A stretch of 64,000 nt of DNA from Eimeria praecox (lineage: Eukaryota). Position 1 is the stretch's first letter. Every line of letters starts with the position of its first letter. Both the position numbers and the translations under genes were made by a program. Below are positions 1 to 13,500 of this stretch, piece after piece. The notes under the pieces were generated by a model that did no database searches, was not told the origin of the DNA, and saw nothing but the letters and a program-made list of their open reading frames with translations. The DNA is taken from positions 372,001 to 436,000 of the forward strand of contig OY986947.1 in the NCBI GenBank assembly GCA_963920595.1, in the 5' to 3' direction.

Positions 1-3000
1 ACACGCACACCCGCGGAAACGCTCAACATGCAACACCCTCACACCCAGTGGCAAACGTGCCACAACACCACCGCCGAAAAAGAATGCAGACATACATTCA
101 CCAACCCCGCTCTAGACAGTTGATCGTATGTGCAACGTCTGACGGGAATTGCCGCCTCCAAGCTAGAGGCTCTTCCACTGTTTCGATACTACAATCACAA
201 CCACGTACCTGCTGCACAAGAAAAAACAACGCGCGCAGCACAACTCCCTGATAAGCACGATTCTTGCATTCCTCACCTTGCCGCCCGTCGGTGCTGTCAT
301 GAATCCGCTCCCACCCAGCTCCACACAACAGGCAGTGGAAACGATGATTCACAAACCAGCTCATTGAGAGAGCCTAACCCTGTCCGCAATACCATGCCCA
401 ATCGTCCAAATCATCATGCATCTAGCGTTCCCACCTCAACACGCACACCCGCGGAAACGCTCAACATGCAACACCCTCACACCCAGTGGCAAACGTGCCA
501 CAACACCAGCGCCGAAAAAGAATGCAGACATACATTCACCAACCCCGCTCTAGACAGTTGATCGTATGTGCAACGTCTGACGGGAATTGCCGCCTCCAAG
601 CTAGAGGCTCTTCCACTGTTTCGATACTACAATCACAACTACGTACCTCCTGCACAAGAAAAAACAACGCGCGCAGCACAACTCCCTGATGAGCACGATT
701 CTTGCATTCCTCACCTTGCCGCCCGTTGGTGCTGTCATGAATCCGCTCCCACCCAGCTCCACACAACAGGCAGTAAAACCCATGATTCACAAACCAGCTC
801 ATTGAGAGAGCCTAACCCTGTCCGCAATACCATACCCAATCGTCCCAATCATCATGCATCTAGCGTTCCCACCTCAACACGCACACCCGCGGAAACGCTC
901 AACATGCAACACCCTCACACCCAGTGGCAAACGTGCCACAACACCACCGCCGAAAATGAATGCAGACATACATTCACCAACCCCGCTCTAGACAGTTGAT
1001 CGTATGTGCAACGTCTGACGGGAATTGCCGCCTCCAAGCTAGAGGCTCTTCCACTGTTTCGATACTACAATCACAACCACGTACCTGCTGCACAAGAAAA
1101 AACAACGCGCGCAGCACAACTCCCTGATGAGCACGATTCTTGCATTCCTCACCTTGCTGCCCGTCGGTGCTGTCATGAATCCGCTCCCACCCACCTCCAC
1201 ACAACAGGCAGTAAAACCCATGATTCACAAACCAGCTCATTGAGAGAGCCTAACCCTGTCCGCAATACCATACCCAATCGTCCAAATCATCATGCATCTA
1301 GCGTTCCCACCTCAACACGCACACCCGCGGAAACGCTCAACATGCAACACCCTCACACCCAGTGGCAAACGTGCCACAACACCACCGCCGAAAATGAATG
1401 CAGACATACATTCACCAACCCCGCTCTAGACAGTTGATCGTATGTGCAACGTCTGACGGGAATTGCCGCCTCCAAGCTAGAGGCTCTTCCACTGTTTCGA
1501 TACTACAATCACAACCACGTACCTGCTGCACAAGAAAAAACAACGCGCGCAGCACAACTCCCTGATAAGCACGATTCTTGCATTCCTCACCTTGCTGCCC
1601 GTCGGTGCTGTCATGAATCCGCTCCCACCCAGCTCCACACAACAGGCAGTAAAACCCATGATTCACAAACCAGCTCATTGAGAGAGCCTTACCCTGTCCG
1701 CAATACCATACCCAATCGTCCAAATCATCATGCATCTAGCGTTCCCACCTCACCACGCACACTCGCGGAAACGCTCAACTTCCAACACCCTCACACCCAG
1801 TGGCAAACGTGCCACAACACCACCGCCGAAAAAGAATGCAGACATACATTCACCAACCCCGTTCTAGACAGTTGATCGTATGTGCAACGTCTGACGGGAA
1901 TTGCCGCCTCCAAGCTAGAGGCTCTTCCACTGTTTCGATACTACAATCACAACCACGTACCTCCTGCACAAGAAAAAACAACGCGCGCAGCACAACTCCC
2001 TGATGAGCACGATTCTTGCATTCCTCACCTTGCTGCCCGTCGGTCCCGTCATGCATCCGCTCTCACCCAGCTCCACACAACAGGCAGTAAAACCCATGAT
2101 TCACAAACCAGCTCATTGAGAGAGCCTAACCCTGTCCGCAATACCATACCCAATCGTCCAAATCATCATGCATCTAGCGTTCCCACCTCACCACGCACAC
2201 TCGCGGAAACGCTCAACTTCCAACACCCTAACACCCAGTGGCAAACGTGCCACAACACCACCGCCGAAAAAGAATGCAGACATACATTCACCAACCCCGC
2301 TCTAGACAGTTGATCGTATGTGCAACGTCTGACGGGAACTGCCACCGCCATCCTGGAGCCTCTTCCACAGTTTCGAAGTAGATCCACAACCACGCACTTC
2401 GTGCATACGAGAAACAACGCGCGCAGCACAACTCCCTGATAAGCACGATTCTTGCATTCCTCACCTTCCCGCCCGTCGGTGCTGTCATGAATCCGCTCCC
2501 ACCCACCTCCACACAACAGGCAGTGGAAACGATGATTCACAAACCAGCTCATTGAGAGAGCCTAACCCTGTCCGCAATACCATGCCCAATCGTCCAAATC
2601 ATCATGCATCTAGCGTTCCCACCTCAACACGCACACCCGCGGAAACGCTCAACATGCAACACCCTCACACCCAGTGGCAAACGTGCCACAACACCACCGC
2701 CGAAAAAGAATGCAGACATACATTCACCAACCCCGCTCTAGACAGTTGATCGTATGTGCAACGTCTGACGGGAATTGCCGCCTCCAAGCTAGAGGCTCTT
2801 CCACTGTTTCGATACTACAATCACAACCACGTACCTGCTGCACAAGAAAAAACAACGCGCGCAGCACAACTCCCTGATAAGCACGATTCTTGCATTCCTC
2901 ACCTTGCCGCCCGTCGGTGCTGTCATGAATCCGCTCCCACCCACCTCCACACAACAGGCAGTAAAACCCATGATTCACAAACCAGCTCATTGAGAGAGCC

Positions 3001-6000
3001 TAACCCTGTCCGCAATACCATGCCCAATCGTCCAAATCATCATGCATCTAGCGTACCCACCTCAACACGCACACCCGCGGAAACGCTCAACTTCCAACAC
3101 CCTCAAACAGGTGGCAAACGTGCCACAACACCACCGCCGAAAAAGAATGCAGACATGCATTCACCAACCCCGCTCTAGACAGTTGATCGTATGTGCAACG
3201 TCTGACGGGAATTGCCGCCTCCAAGCTAGAGGCTCTTCCACTGTTTCGATACTACAATCACAACCACGTACCTGCTGCACAAGAAAAAACAACGCGCGCA
3301 GCACAACTCCCTGATAAGCACGATTCTTGCATTCCTCACCTTCCCGCCCGTCGGTGCTGTCATGAATCCGCTCCCACCCAGCTCCACACAACAGGCAGTG
3401 GAAACGATGATTCACAAACCAGCTCATTGAGAGAGCCTAACCCTGTCCGCAATACCATGCCCAATCGTCCAAATCATCATGCATCTAGCGTTCCCACCTC
3501 AACACGCACACCCGCGGAAACGCTCAACATGCAACACCCTCACACCCAGTGGCAAACATGCCACAACACCACCGCCGAAAAAGTATGCAGACATTCACCA
3601 ACCCCGCTCTAGACAGTTGATCGTATGTGCAACGTCTGACGGGAATTGCCGCCTCCAAGCTAGAGGCTCTTCCACTGTTTCGATACTACAATCACAACCA
3701 CGTACCTGCTGCACAAGAAAAAACAACGCGCGCAGCACAACTCCCTGATAAGCACGATTCTTGCATTCCTCACCTTGCCGCCCGTCGGTGCTGTCATGCA
3801 TCCGCTCCCACCCAGCTCCACACAACAGGCAGTAAAACCCACGATTCACAAACCAGCTCACTGAGAGAGCCTAACCCTGTCCGCAGTACCATACCCAATC
3901 GTCCAAATCGTCATGCATCTAGCGTTCCCACCTCAACACGCACACCCGCGGAAACGCTCAACATGCAACACCCTCACAACCAGTGGCAAACGTGCCACAA
4001 CACCACCGCCGAAAAAGAATGCAGACATTCACAAACCCCGCTCTAGACAGTTGATCGTATGTGCAACGTCTGACGGGAACTGCCACCGCCATCCTGGAGT
4101 CTCTTCCACAGTTTCGAAGTAGATCCACAACCACGCACTTCGTGCATACGAGAAACAACGCGCGCAGCACAACTCCCTGATAAGCACGATTCTTGCATTC
4201 CTCACCTTCCCGCCCGTCGGTGCTGTCATGAATCCGCTCCCACCCACCTCCACACAACAGGCAGTGGAAACGATGATTCACAAACCAGCTCATTGAGAGA
4301 GCCTAACCCTGTCCGCAATACCATGCCCAATCGTCCAAATCATCATGCATCTAGCGTTCCCACCTCAACACGCACACCCGCGGAAACGCTCAACATGCAA
4401 CACCCTCACAACCAGTGGCAAACGTGCCACAACACCACCGCCGAAAAAGAATGCAGACATACATTCACCAACCCCGCTCTAGACAGTTGATCGTATGTGC
4501 AACGTCTGACGGGAATTGCCGCCTCCAAGCTAGAGGCTCTTCCACTGTTTCGATACTACAATCACAACCACGTACCTGCTGCACAAGAAAAAACAACGCG
4601 CGCAGCACAACTCCCTGATAAGCACGATTCTTGCATTCCTCACCTTGCCGCCCGTCGGTGCTGTCATGAATCCGCTCCCACCCAGCTCCACACAACAGGC
4701 AGTAAAACCCATGATTCACAAACCAGCTCATTGAGAGAGCCTAACCCTGTCCGCAATACCATACCCAATCGTCCAAATTGTCATGCATCTAGCGTTCCCA
4801 CCTCAACACGCAAACCCGCGGAAACGCTCAACATGCAACACCCTCACACCCAGTGGCAAACGTGCCACAACACCACCGCCGAAAAAGAAGGCAGACATAC
4901 ATTCACCAACCCCGCTCTAGACAGTTGATCGTATGTGCAACGTCTGACGGGAATTGCCGCCTCCAAGCTAGAGGCTCTTCCACTGTTTCGATACTACAAT
5001 CACAACCACGTACCTGCTGCACAAGAAAAAACAACGCGCGCAGCACAACTCCCTGATAAGCACGATTCTTGCATTCCTCACCTTGCTGCCCGTCGGTGCT
5101 GTCATGCATCCGCTCCCACCCAGCTCCACACAACAGGCAGTGGAACCCATGATTCACAAACCAGCTCATTGAGAGAGCCTAACCCTGTCCGCAATATCAT
5201 ACCCAATCGCCCAAACCATCATGCATCTAGCGTTCCCACCTCAGCACGCACACCCGCGGAAACGCTCAACATGCAACACCCTCACAACCAGTGGCAAACG
5301 TGCCACAACACCACCGCCGAAAAAGAATGCAGACATACATTCACCAACCCCGATCTAGACAGTCGATCGTATGTGCAACGTCTGACGGGAATTGCTGCCT
5401 CCAAGCTAGAGGCTCTTCCACTGTTTCGATACTACAATCACAACCACGTACCTGCTGCACAAGAAAAAACAACGCGCGCAGCACAACTCCCTGATGAGCA
5501 CGATTCTTGCATTCCTCACCTTGCCGCCCGTCGGTGCTGTCATGAATCCGCTCCCACCCAGCTCCACACAACACGCAGTAAAACCCATGATTCACAAACC
5601 AGCTCATTGAGAGAGCCTAACCCTGTCCGCAATACCATACCCAATCGTCCAAATCGTCATGCATCTAGCGTTCGCACCTCAGCACGCACACTCGCGGAAA
5701 CGCTCAACTTCCAACACCCTCACAACCAGTGGCAAACGTGCCACAACACCACCGCCGAAAAAGAATGCAGACATACATTCACCAACCCCGCTCTAGACAG
5801 TTGATCGTATGTGCAACGTCTGACGGGAATTGCCGCCTCCAAGCTAGAGGCTCTTCCACTGTTTCGATACTACAATCACAACCACGTACCTGCTGCACAA
5901 GAAAAAACAACGCGCGCAGCACAACTCCCTGATAAGCACGATTCTTGCATTCCTCACCTTGCCGCCCGTCGGTGCTGTCATGAATCCGCTCCCACCCACC

Positions 6001-9000
6001 TCCACACAACAGGCAGTAAAACCCATGATTCACAAACCAGCTCATTGAGAGAGCCTAACCCTGTCCGCAATACCATGCCCAATCGTCCAAATCATCATGC
6101 ATCTAGCGTACCCACCTCAACACGCACACCCGCGGAAACGCTCAACTTCCAACACCCTCAAACAGGTGGCAAACGTGCCACAACACCACCGCCGAAAAAG
6201 AATGCAGACATGCATTCACCAACCCCGCTCTAGACAGTTGATCGTATGTGCAACGTCTGACGGGAATTGCCGCCTCCAAGCTAGAGGCTCTTCCACTGTT
6301 TCGATACTACAATCACAACCACGTACCTGCTGCACAAGAAAAAACAACGCGCGCAGCACAACTCCCTGATAAGCACGATTCTTGCATTCCTCACCTTCCC
6401 GCCCGTCGGTGCTGTCATGAATCCGCTCCCACCCAGCTCCACACAACAGGCAGTGGAAACGATGATTCACAAACCAGCTCATTGAGAGAGCCTAACCCTG
6501 TCCGCAATACCATGCCCAATCGTCCAAATCATCATGCATCTAGCGTTCCCACCTCAACACGCACACCCGCGGAAACGCTCAACATGCAACACCCTCACAC
6601 CCAGTGGCAAACATGCCACAACACCACCGCCGAAAAAGTATGCAGACATTCACCAACCCCGCTCTAGACAGTTGATCGTATGTGCAACGTCTGACGGGAA
6701 TTGCCGCCTCCAAGCTAGAGGCTCTTCCACTGTTTCGATACTACAATCACAACCACGTACCTGCTGCACAAGAAAAAACAACGCGCGCAGCACAACTCCC
6801 TGATAAGCACGATTCTTGCATTCCTCACCTTGCCGCCCGTCGGTGCTGTCATGCATCCGCTCCCACCCAGCTCCACACAACAGGCAGTAAAACCCACGAT
6901 TCACAAACCAGCTCACTGAGAGAGCCTAACCCTGTCCGCAGTACCATACCCAATCGTCCAAATCGTCATGCATCTAGCGTTCCCACCTCAACACGCACAC
7001 CCGCGGAAACGCTCAACATGCAACACCCTCACAACCAGTGGCAAACGTGCCACAACACCACCGCCGAAAAAGAATGCAGACATTCACAAACCCCGCTCTA
7101 GACAGTTGATCGTATGTGCAACGTCTGACGGGAACTGCCACCGCCATCCTGGAGTCTCTTCCACAGTTTCGAAGTAGATCCACAACCACGCACTTCGTGC
7201 ATACGAGAAACAACGCGCGCAGCACAACTCCCTGATAAGCACGATTCTTGCATTCCTCACCTTCCCGCCCGTCGGTGCTGTCATGAATCCGCTCCCACCC
7301 ACCTCCACACAACAGGCAGTGGAAACGATGATTCACAAACCAGCTCATTGAGAGAGCCTAACCCTGTCCGCAATACCATGCCCAATCGTCCAAATCATCA
7401 TGCATCTAGCGTTCCCACCTCAACACGCACACCCGCGGAAACGCTCAACATGCAACACCCTCACAACCAGTGGCAAACGTGCCACAACACCACCGCCGAA
7501 AAAGAATGCAGACATACATTCACCAACCCCGCTCTAGACAGTTGATCGTATGTGCAACGTCTGACGGGAATTGCCGCCTCCAAGCTAGAGGCTCTTCCAC
7601 TGTTTCGATACTACAATCACAACCACGTACCTGCTGCACAAGAAAAAACAACGCGCGCAGCACAACTCCCTGATAAGCACGATTCTTGCATTCCTCACCT
7701 TGCCGCCCGTCGGTGCTGTCATGAATCCGCTCCCACCCAGCTCCACACAACAGGCAGTAAAACCCATGATTCACAAACCAGCTCATTGAGAGAGCCTAAC
7801 CCTGTCCGCAATACCATACCCAATCGTCCAAATTGTCATGCATCTAGCGTTCCCACCTCAACACGCAAACCCGCGGAAACGCTCAACATGCAACACCCTC
7901 ACACCCAGTGGCAAACGTGCCACAACACCACCGCCGAAAAAGAAGGCAGACATACATTCACCAACCCCGCTCTAGACAGTTGATCGTATGTGCAACGTCT
8001 GACGGGAATTGCCGCCTCCAAGCTAGAGGCTCTTCCACTGTTTCGATACTACAATCACAACCACGTACCTGCTGCACAAGAAAAAACAACGCGCGCAGCA
8101 CAACTCCCTGATAAGCACGATTCTTGCATTCCTCACCTTGCTGCCCGTCGGTGCTGTCATGCATCCGCTCCCACCCAGCTCCACACAACAGGCAGTGGAA
8201 CCCATGATTCACAAACCAGCTCATTGAGAGAGCCTAACCCTGTCCGCAATATCATACCCAATCGCCCAAACCATCATGCATCTAGCGTTCCCACCTCAGC
8301 ACGCACACCCGCGGAAACGCTCAACATGCAACACCCTCACAACCAGTGGCAAACGTGCCACAACACCACCGCCGAAAAAGAATGCAGACATACATTCACC
8401 AACCCCGATCTAGACAGTCGATCGTATGTGCAACGTCTGACGGGAATTGCTGCCTCCAAGCTAGAGGCTCTTCCACTGTTTCGATACTACAATCACAACC
8501 ACGTACCTGCTGCACAAGAAAAAACAACGCGCGCAGCACAACTCCCTGATGAGCACGATTCTTGCATTCCTCACCTTGCCGCCCGTCGGTGCTGTCATGA
8601 ATCCGCTCCCACCCAGCTCCACACAACACGCAGTAAAACCCATGATTCACAAACCAGCTCATTGAGAGAGCCTAACCCTGTCCGCAATACCATACCCAAT
8701 CGTCCAAATCGTCATGCATCTAGCGTTCGCACCTCAGCACGCACACTCGCGGAAACGCTCAACTTCCAACACCCTCACAACCAGTGGCAAACGTGCCACA
8801 ACACCACCGCCGAAAAAGAATGCAGACATACATTCACCAACCCCGCTCTAGACAGTTGATCGTATGTGCAACGTCTGACGGGAATTGCCGCCTCCAAGCT
8901 AGAGGCTCTTCCACTGTTTCGATACTACAATCACAACCACGTACCTGCTGCACAAGAAAAAACAACGCGCGCAGCGCAACTCCCTGATAAGCACGATTCT

Positions 9001-9280
9001 TGCATTCCTCACCTTGCCGCCCCTCGGTGCTGTCATGAATCCGCTCCCACCCAGCTCCACACAACAGGCAGTAAAACCCATGATTCACAAACCGGCTCAT
9101 CGAGAGAGCCTAACCCTGTCCGCAATACCATACCCAAGCGTCCAAATCGTCATGCATCTAGCGTTCCCACCTCAGCACGCACACCCGCGGAAACGCTCAA
9201 CATGCAACACCTTCACACCCAGTGGCAAACGTTCCACAACATCACCGCCGAAAAAGAATGCAGACATTCACCAACCGCGC
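1..9280 (+). repeat. Homogeneous satellite array A (~21 monomers, mostly 438 bp; 434/436/437-bp variants)
   Basis: Exact 438-bp spacing of ORF starts 130/568/1006/1444/1882. Diagnostic sites agacatacattca, gatactacaatc, caactccctga, ttcacaaaccagc. Monomers differ by only scattered substitutions. Confidence 0.95.
2672..8975 (+). repeat. 7-monomer (3,055-bp) higher-order tandem duplication in array A
   Basis: Constant 3,055 offset between paired ORFs with identical translations (2756/5811, 3042/6097, 3479/6534, 3913/6968, 4497/7552, 4935/7990, 5291/8346). Rare variants ctcaaacaggtgg, aaagtatgcag and aaagaaggcag each occur twice, 3,055 bp apart. Confidence 0.95.
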
Positions 9281-10589
9281 TCTAGACAGTCGAACGTGTG
9301 TGCAACGTCTGATGGGAATTGCCACCGCCATCCTGGATTCTCTTCCACAGTTTCGAAATAGATCCACAACCACGCACTTCCTGCACACGAGAAACAGCGG
9401 GCGCAGTTGAGCCCCGGATTAGCACAATTCTTGCGTTCCTCACCTTGCCGCCCTTCGGTGCTGTCATGAATCCGCTCCCACCCGCCTCCGCACAACAGGC
9501 AGTGGAACCCATGATTCACAAACCAGCTCATTGAGAGAGCCTAACCCTGTCCGCAATACCATACCCAATCGTCCAAATCGTCATGCATCTAGCGTTCCCA
9601 CCTTAGCACGCACACCCGCGGAAACGCTCAACTTCCAACACCCTCACACCCAGTGGCAAACGTGCCACAACACCACCGCCGAAAAAGAATGCAGACATTC
9701 ACAAACCGGGCTCTAGACAGTCGATCGTGTGTGCAACGTCTGACGGGAATTGCCAGCGCCATCCTGGAGTCTCTTCCACAGTTTCGAAATAGATCCACAA
9801 CCACGCACTTCCTGCACACGAGAAACAGCGGGCGCAGTTCAGCCCGGGATTAGCACAATGTTTTCGTTCCTCAGCTTGCCGCCCGTGGGTGCTCTCATGC
9901 ATCCGCTCCCACCCAGCTCCACACAACAGGCAGTGGAACCTATGATTCAAAACAGCTCATTGAGAGAGCCTAACCCTGTCCGCAATACCATACCTAATCG
10001 TCCAAATCGTCATGCGTCTACCCTTCCCACCTCACCACCTACAACTACGCACCAGGCCAGCATGCAACACCCTCACAATCAGTGACAAACGTGCCACAAC
10101 ACCACCGCCGAAAAAGAATGCAGATATTCACCAACCCCGTTCTAGCCAGTCGATCGTATGTGCAGCGTCTGGCGGGAATTGCCGCCTCCAAGCTAGTGTC
10201 TTTTCTACATTTTCGATATTACAACCACAACCACGCACTAGCTGCACAAGGAAAGGCGCAGCGCAGTACAACCCCTCATGAGCACGATTCTTGCATTCCT
10301 CACCTTGCCGCCCATCGGTGCTATCATGCATCCGCTCCCACCCACCTCCACACAACAGGCAGTAAAACCCATGATTCAAAACAGCACATCGAGAGAGCCT
10401 AACCCTGTCCGCAATACCATACCCTATCGCCCAAATCATCATGCGTCTAGCGCTCCCATCTCAACACGCACTCCAACGCAAGCACTCAACATCCAACACC
10501 CTCACAACCAGTGGCAAGCGTCTCACAACACCGCCGCCGAAAAAGATCGCAGACATTCACCAACCCCGCTCTAGACATTCGACCGTGTG

Positions 10590-13500
10590 CACAACCTCTG
10601 ACGGGAATTGCCGCCTCCAAGCTAGAGGCTCTTCCACAGTTCCGATATTACAACCACAACCACGCACCAGCTGCAAAAGGAAAGGCGCAGCGCAGCACAA
10701 CCCCTGATGAGCACGATTGCGTTCCTCACCTTCCCGCCCTTCGGTGCTCTCATGCATCCGCTCCCACTCAACTCCACACAACAGGCAGTGGAACCCATGA
10801 TTCAAAACAGCTCATCGAGAGAGCCTAACCCTGTCCGCAATACCATACCCTATTGTCCAAATCATCATGCATCTAGCATCTCCACCTCAGGACGCGCACC
10901 CAGCCAAAGACTCAACATCCAACACCCTCACAACCACTGGCAAACGTTCCACAACGCCAGCTCCTAAGCCTAACTCAGAGCTTCACCAACCCCGCTCTAG
11001 ACAGTCGAAAGTGTGTACAGCCTCTGACGGGAATTGCCGCCTCCAAGCTCGAGTCTCTGCCTCTGTTTCGCTATTAGAGCCATAACCACGCACTTGCTGC
11101 ACAAGAGAAACAGCGGCGCACTACAACGCCTGATGAGCACGATCCTTTGTTTCTCACCTTGCCACCCGTCGGTGCTCTCAATGCATCCGCACCCACCCAG
11201 CTCCACACAGCAGCCAGTAAAACCCATGATTCAAAACAGCTCATTGAGAGAGCCTAACCCTGTCCGCAATGCCATACCTAATCGTCCAAATCATCATGCA
11301 ACTAGCGGTCCCACCTCAACACGCATACCCACGCAAACACTCAACATCCAACACCCTCACAACCAGTGGCAAACGTGCCACAACACCACCGCCGCAAACG
11401 GATCGAGAGCTTCAGCAACCCCGTTCAAGGCAGTCGATCGTGTGTACAACGTCTGACGGGAATTGCCGCCTCCAAGCTAGAGGCTCTTCCACTGTTTCGA
11501 TATTACAACCACAGAAACTCACCAGCTGCACAAGGAAACGCGCAACGAAGCACAACCCCTGATGAGCACGATTCTTGCGTTCCTCACCTCCCTTCCCGTC
11601 GGTGCTGTCATGCATCCGCTCCTACCCACCTCCACACAACAGGCAGTGGAACCCATGATTCAAAACAGCACATCGAGAGAGCCTAACCCTGTCCGCAATA
11701 CCATACCCTATCGTCCAAATCCTCATGCATCTAGCGTTCCCACCTCAACACCTACAACCACGCAAACATTCACCATCCAACACCCTCATACCCAATGGCA
11801 AACCCGCCACAACACCATCGCCCAAACAGAATGCAGAAACACACCACCCGCGCGTTTTAGACAGTCCATCGTGTGTACAGCCTCCGACGGGAATTGCCGT
11901 ATCCAAGCTAGAGTCTCATGCTCTTGCATTGCACTGTTTCGATATTACAACCACAGAAACGCACCAGCTGCACAAGGAAAACACCTCGCGCAGCACAACC
12001 CTTGATGAGCACGATTCTTGCGTTTCCCCCCTTGCTGCCCGTCGGTAGTGTCATGCATCCGCACCCACCCAGCTCCACACAACAGGCACTGGAACACATG
12101 ATTCAATATAGCTTATCGGGAGAGCCTAAGCCTGTCCCAAATACCATACCCTATCGTCCAAATCATCATGCATCTAGCGTTCCCACCTCAACGCACACAC
12201 CCATGCAAACATTCAACATCCAACACCCTCACAACCAGTGCCAAGCGCTCCACAAGACCACCTCCGAAAAAGAGCGCAGACATTCACCAACCGCGCTCTA
12301 GACAGTCGATCCTCTGTGCAACGTCTGACGGGAATTGCCGCCTCCAAGCTAGAGGCTCTTCCACTGTTTCGATATTACAACCACAGAAACGCACCAGCTG
12401 CAAAAGGAAACGCGCAGCGCAGCACAACCCCTGATGAGCACGATTCTTGCGCTCCTCACCTTCCCGCCAGCCGGTGCTCTCATGCATCCGCCGCTCCCAC
12501 CCAGCTCCACACAACAGGCACTGGAACACATGATTCAATATAGCTTATCGGGAGAGCCTAAGCCTGTCCGCAATACCATACCCTATCGTCCAAATCATCA
12601 TGCATCTAGCGTTCCCACCTCAGCACGCACACCCGCGGAAACACTCAACATCCAACACCCTCACAGCCAGTGGCAAGCGTCTCACAACACCGCCGCCGAA
12701 AAAAAGCGCAGACATTCACCAACCCCGCTCTAGACAGTCGATCGTTGTACAGCCTCTGACGGGAATTGGCACCTCCAAGCTAGAGTCTCCTCCACTGTTT
12801 CGATATTACAACCACAATCACGCACTCCCTGCACAAGGAAAACACCGCGCCCAGCACAACCCTTGATAAGCACGATTCTTGCGTTTCCTACCTTGCTGCC
12901 CGTCGGTAGTGTCATGCATCCGCTCCCACCCACCTCCACACAACAGGCAGTAAAACCCATGATTCACAAACCAGCTCATTGAGAGAGCCTAACCCTGTCC
13001 GCAATACCATACCCAATCGTCCAAATCGTCATGCATCTAGCGTTCCCACCTCAACACGCACACGCGCGGAAACGCTCAACATGCAACACGCTCACACCCA
13101 GTGGCAAGCGCAACACAACTCCCCTGCCGAAAAAGAATCCAGAGCTTCACCAACGCCGTTCTAGGCAGTCGATCGTGTGTACAACCTCTGACGGGAATTG
13201 CCGCCTCCACGCTAGAGTCTCTTCCACTCTTTCGATTTTACAACAACAGCCACGCACGTCCTGCACAAGGAAAACAGCGCGCGCAGCACAACCGCTGATG
13301 AGCACGATTCTTGCGTTCCCCACCTTGCCGCCTTTCGGTGCTGCCATATATCCGCTCCCACCCAGCTCCACACAACAGGCAGTAAAACCCATGATTCAGA
13401 ACAGCACATCGAGAGAGCCTAACCCTGTCCACAATACCATACCCAATCGTCCAAATCGTCATGCATCTAGCGTTCCCACATCAGCACGCACTCCAACGCA

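Noticed and set aside
110..210. Minus-strand hammerhead-like CGAAACAGT...ACTGTC pairing
   Set aside because: A stem III plus GUC geometry can be drawn, but the mandatory upstream CUGANGA is absent (gtggttgt instead) and the pairing is lost in array B. An Infernal search with Rfam hammerhead models would settle it.
686..745. Hammerhead ribozyme / retrozyme-type satellite (CTGATGA on + strand)
   Set aside because: CTGATGA is followed by a possible stem (agcac...gtgct) but no GAAA closes stem II. The core is not conserved (ctgataa in many A units, cggatga in all of B).
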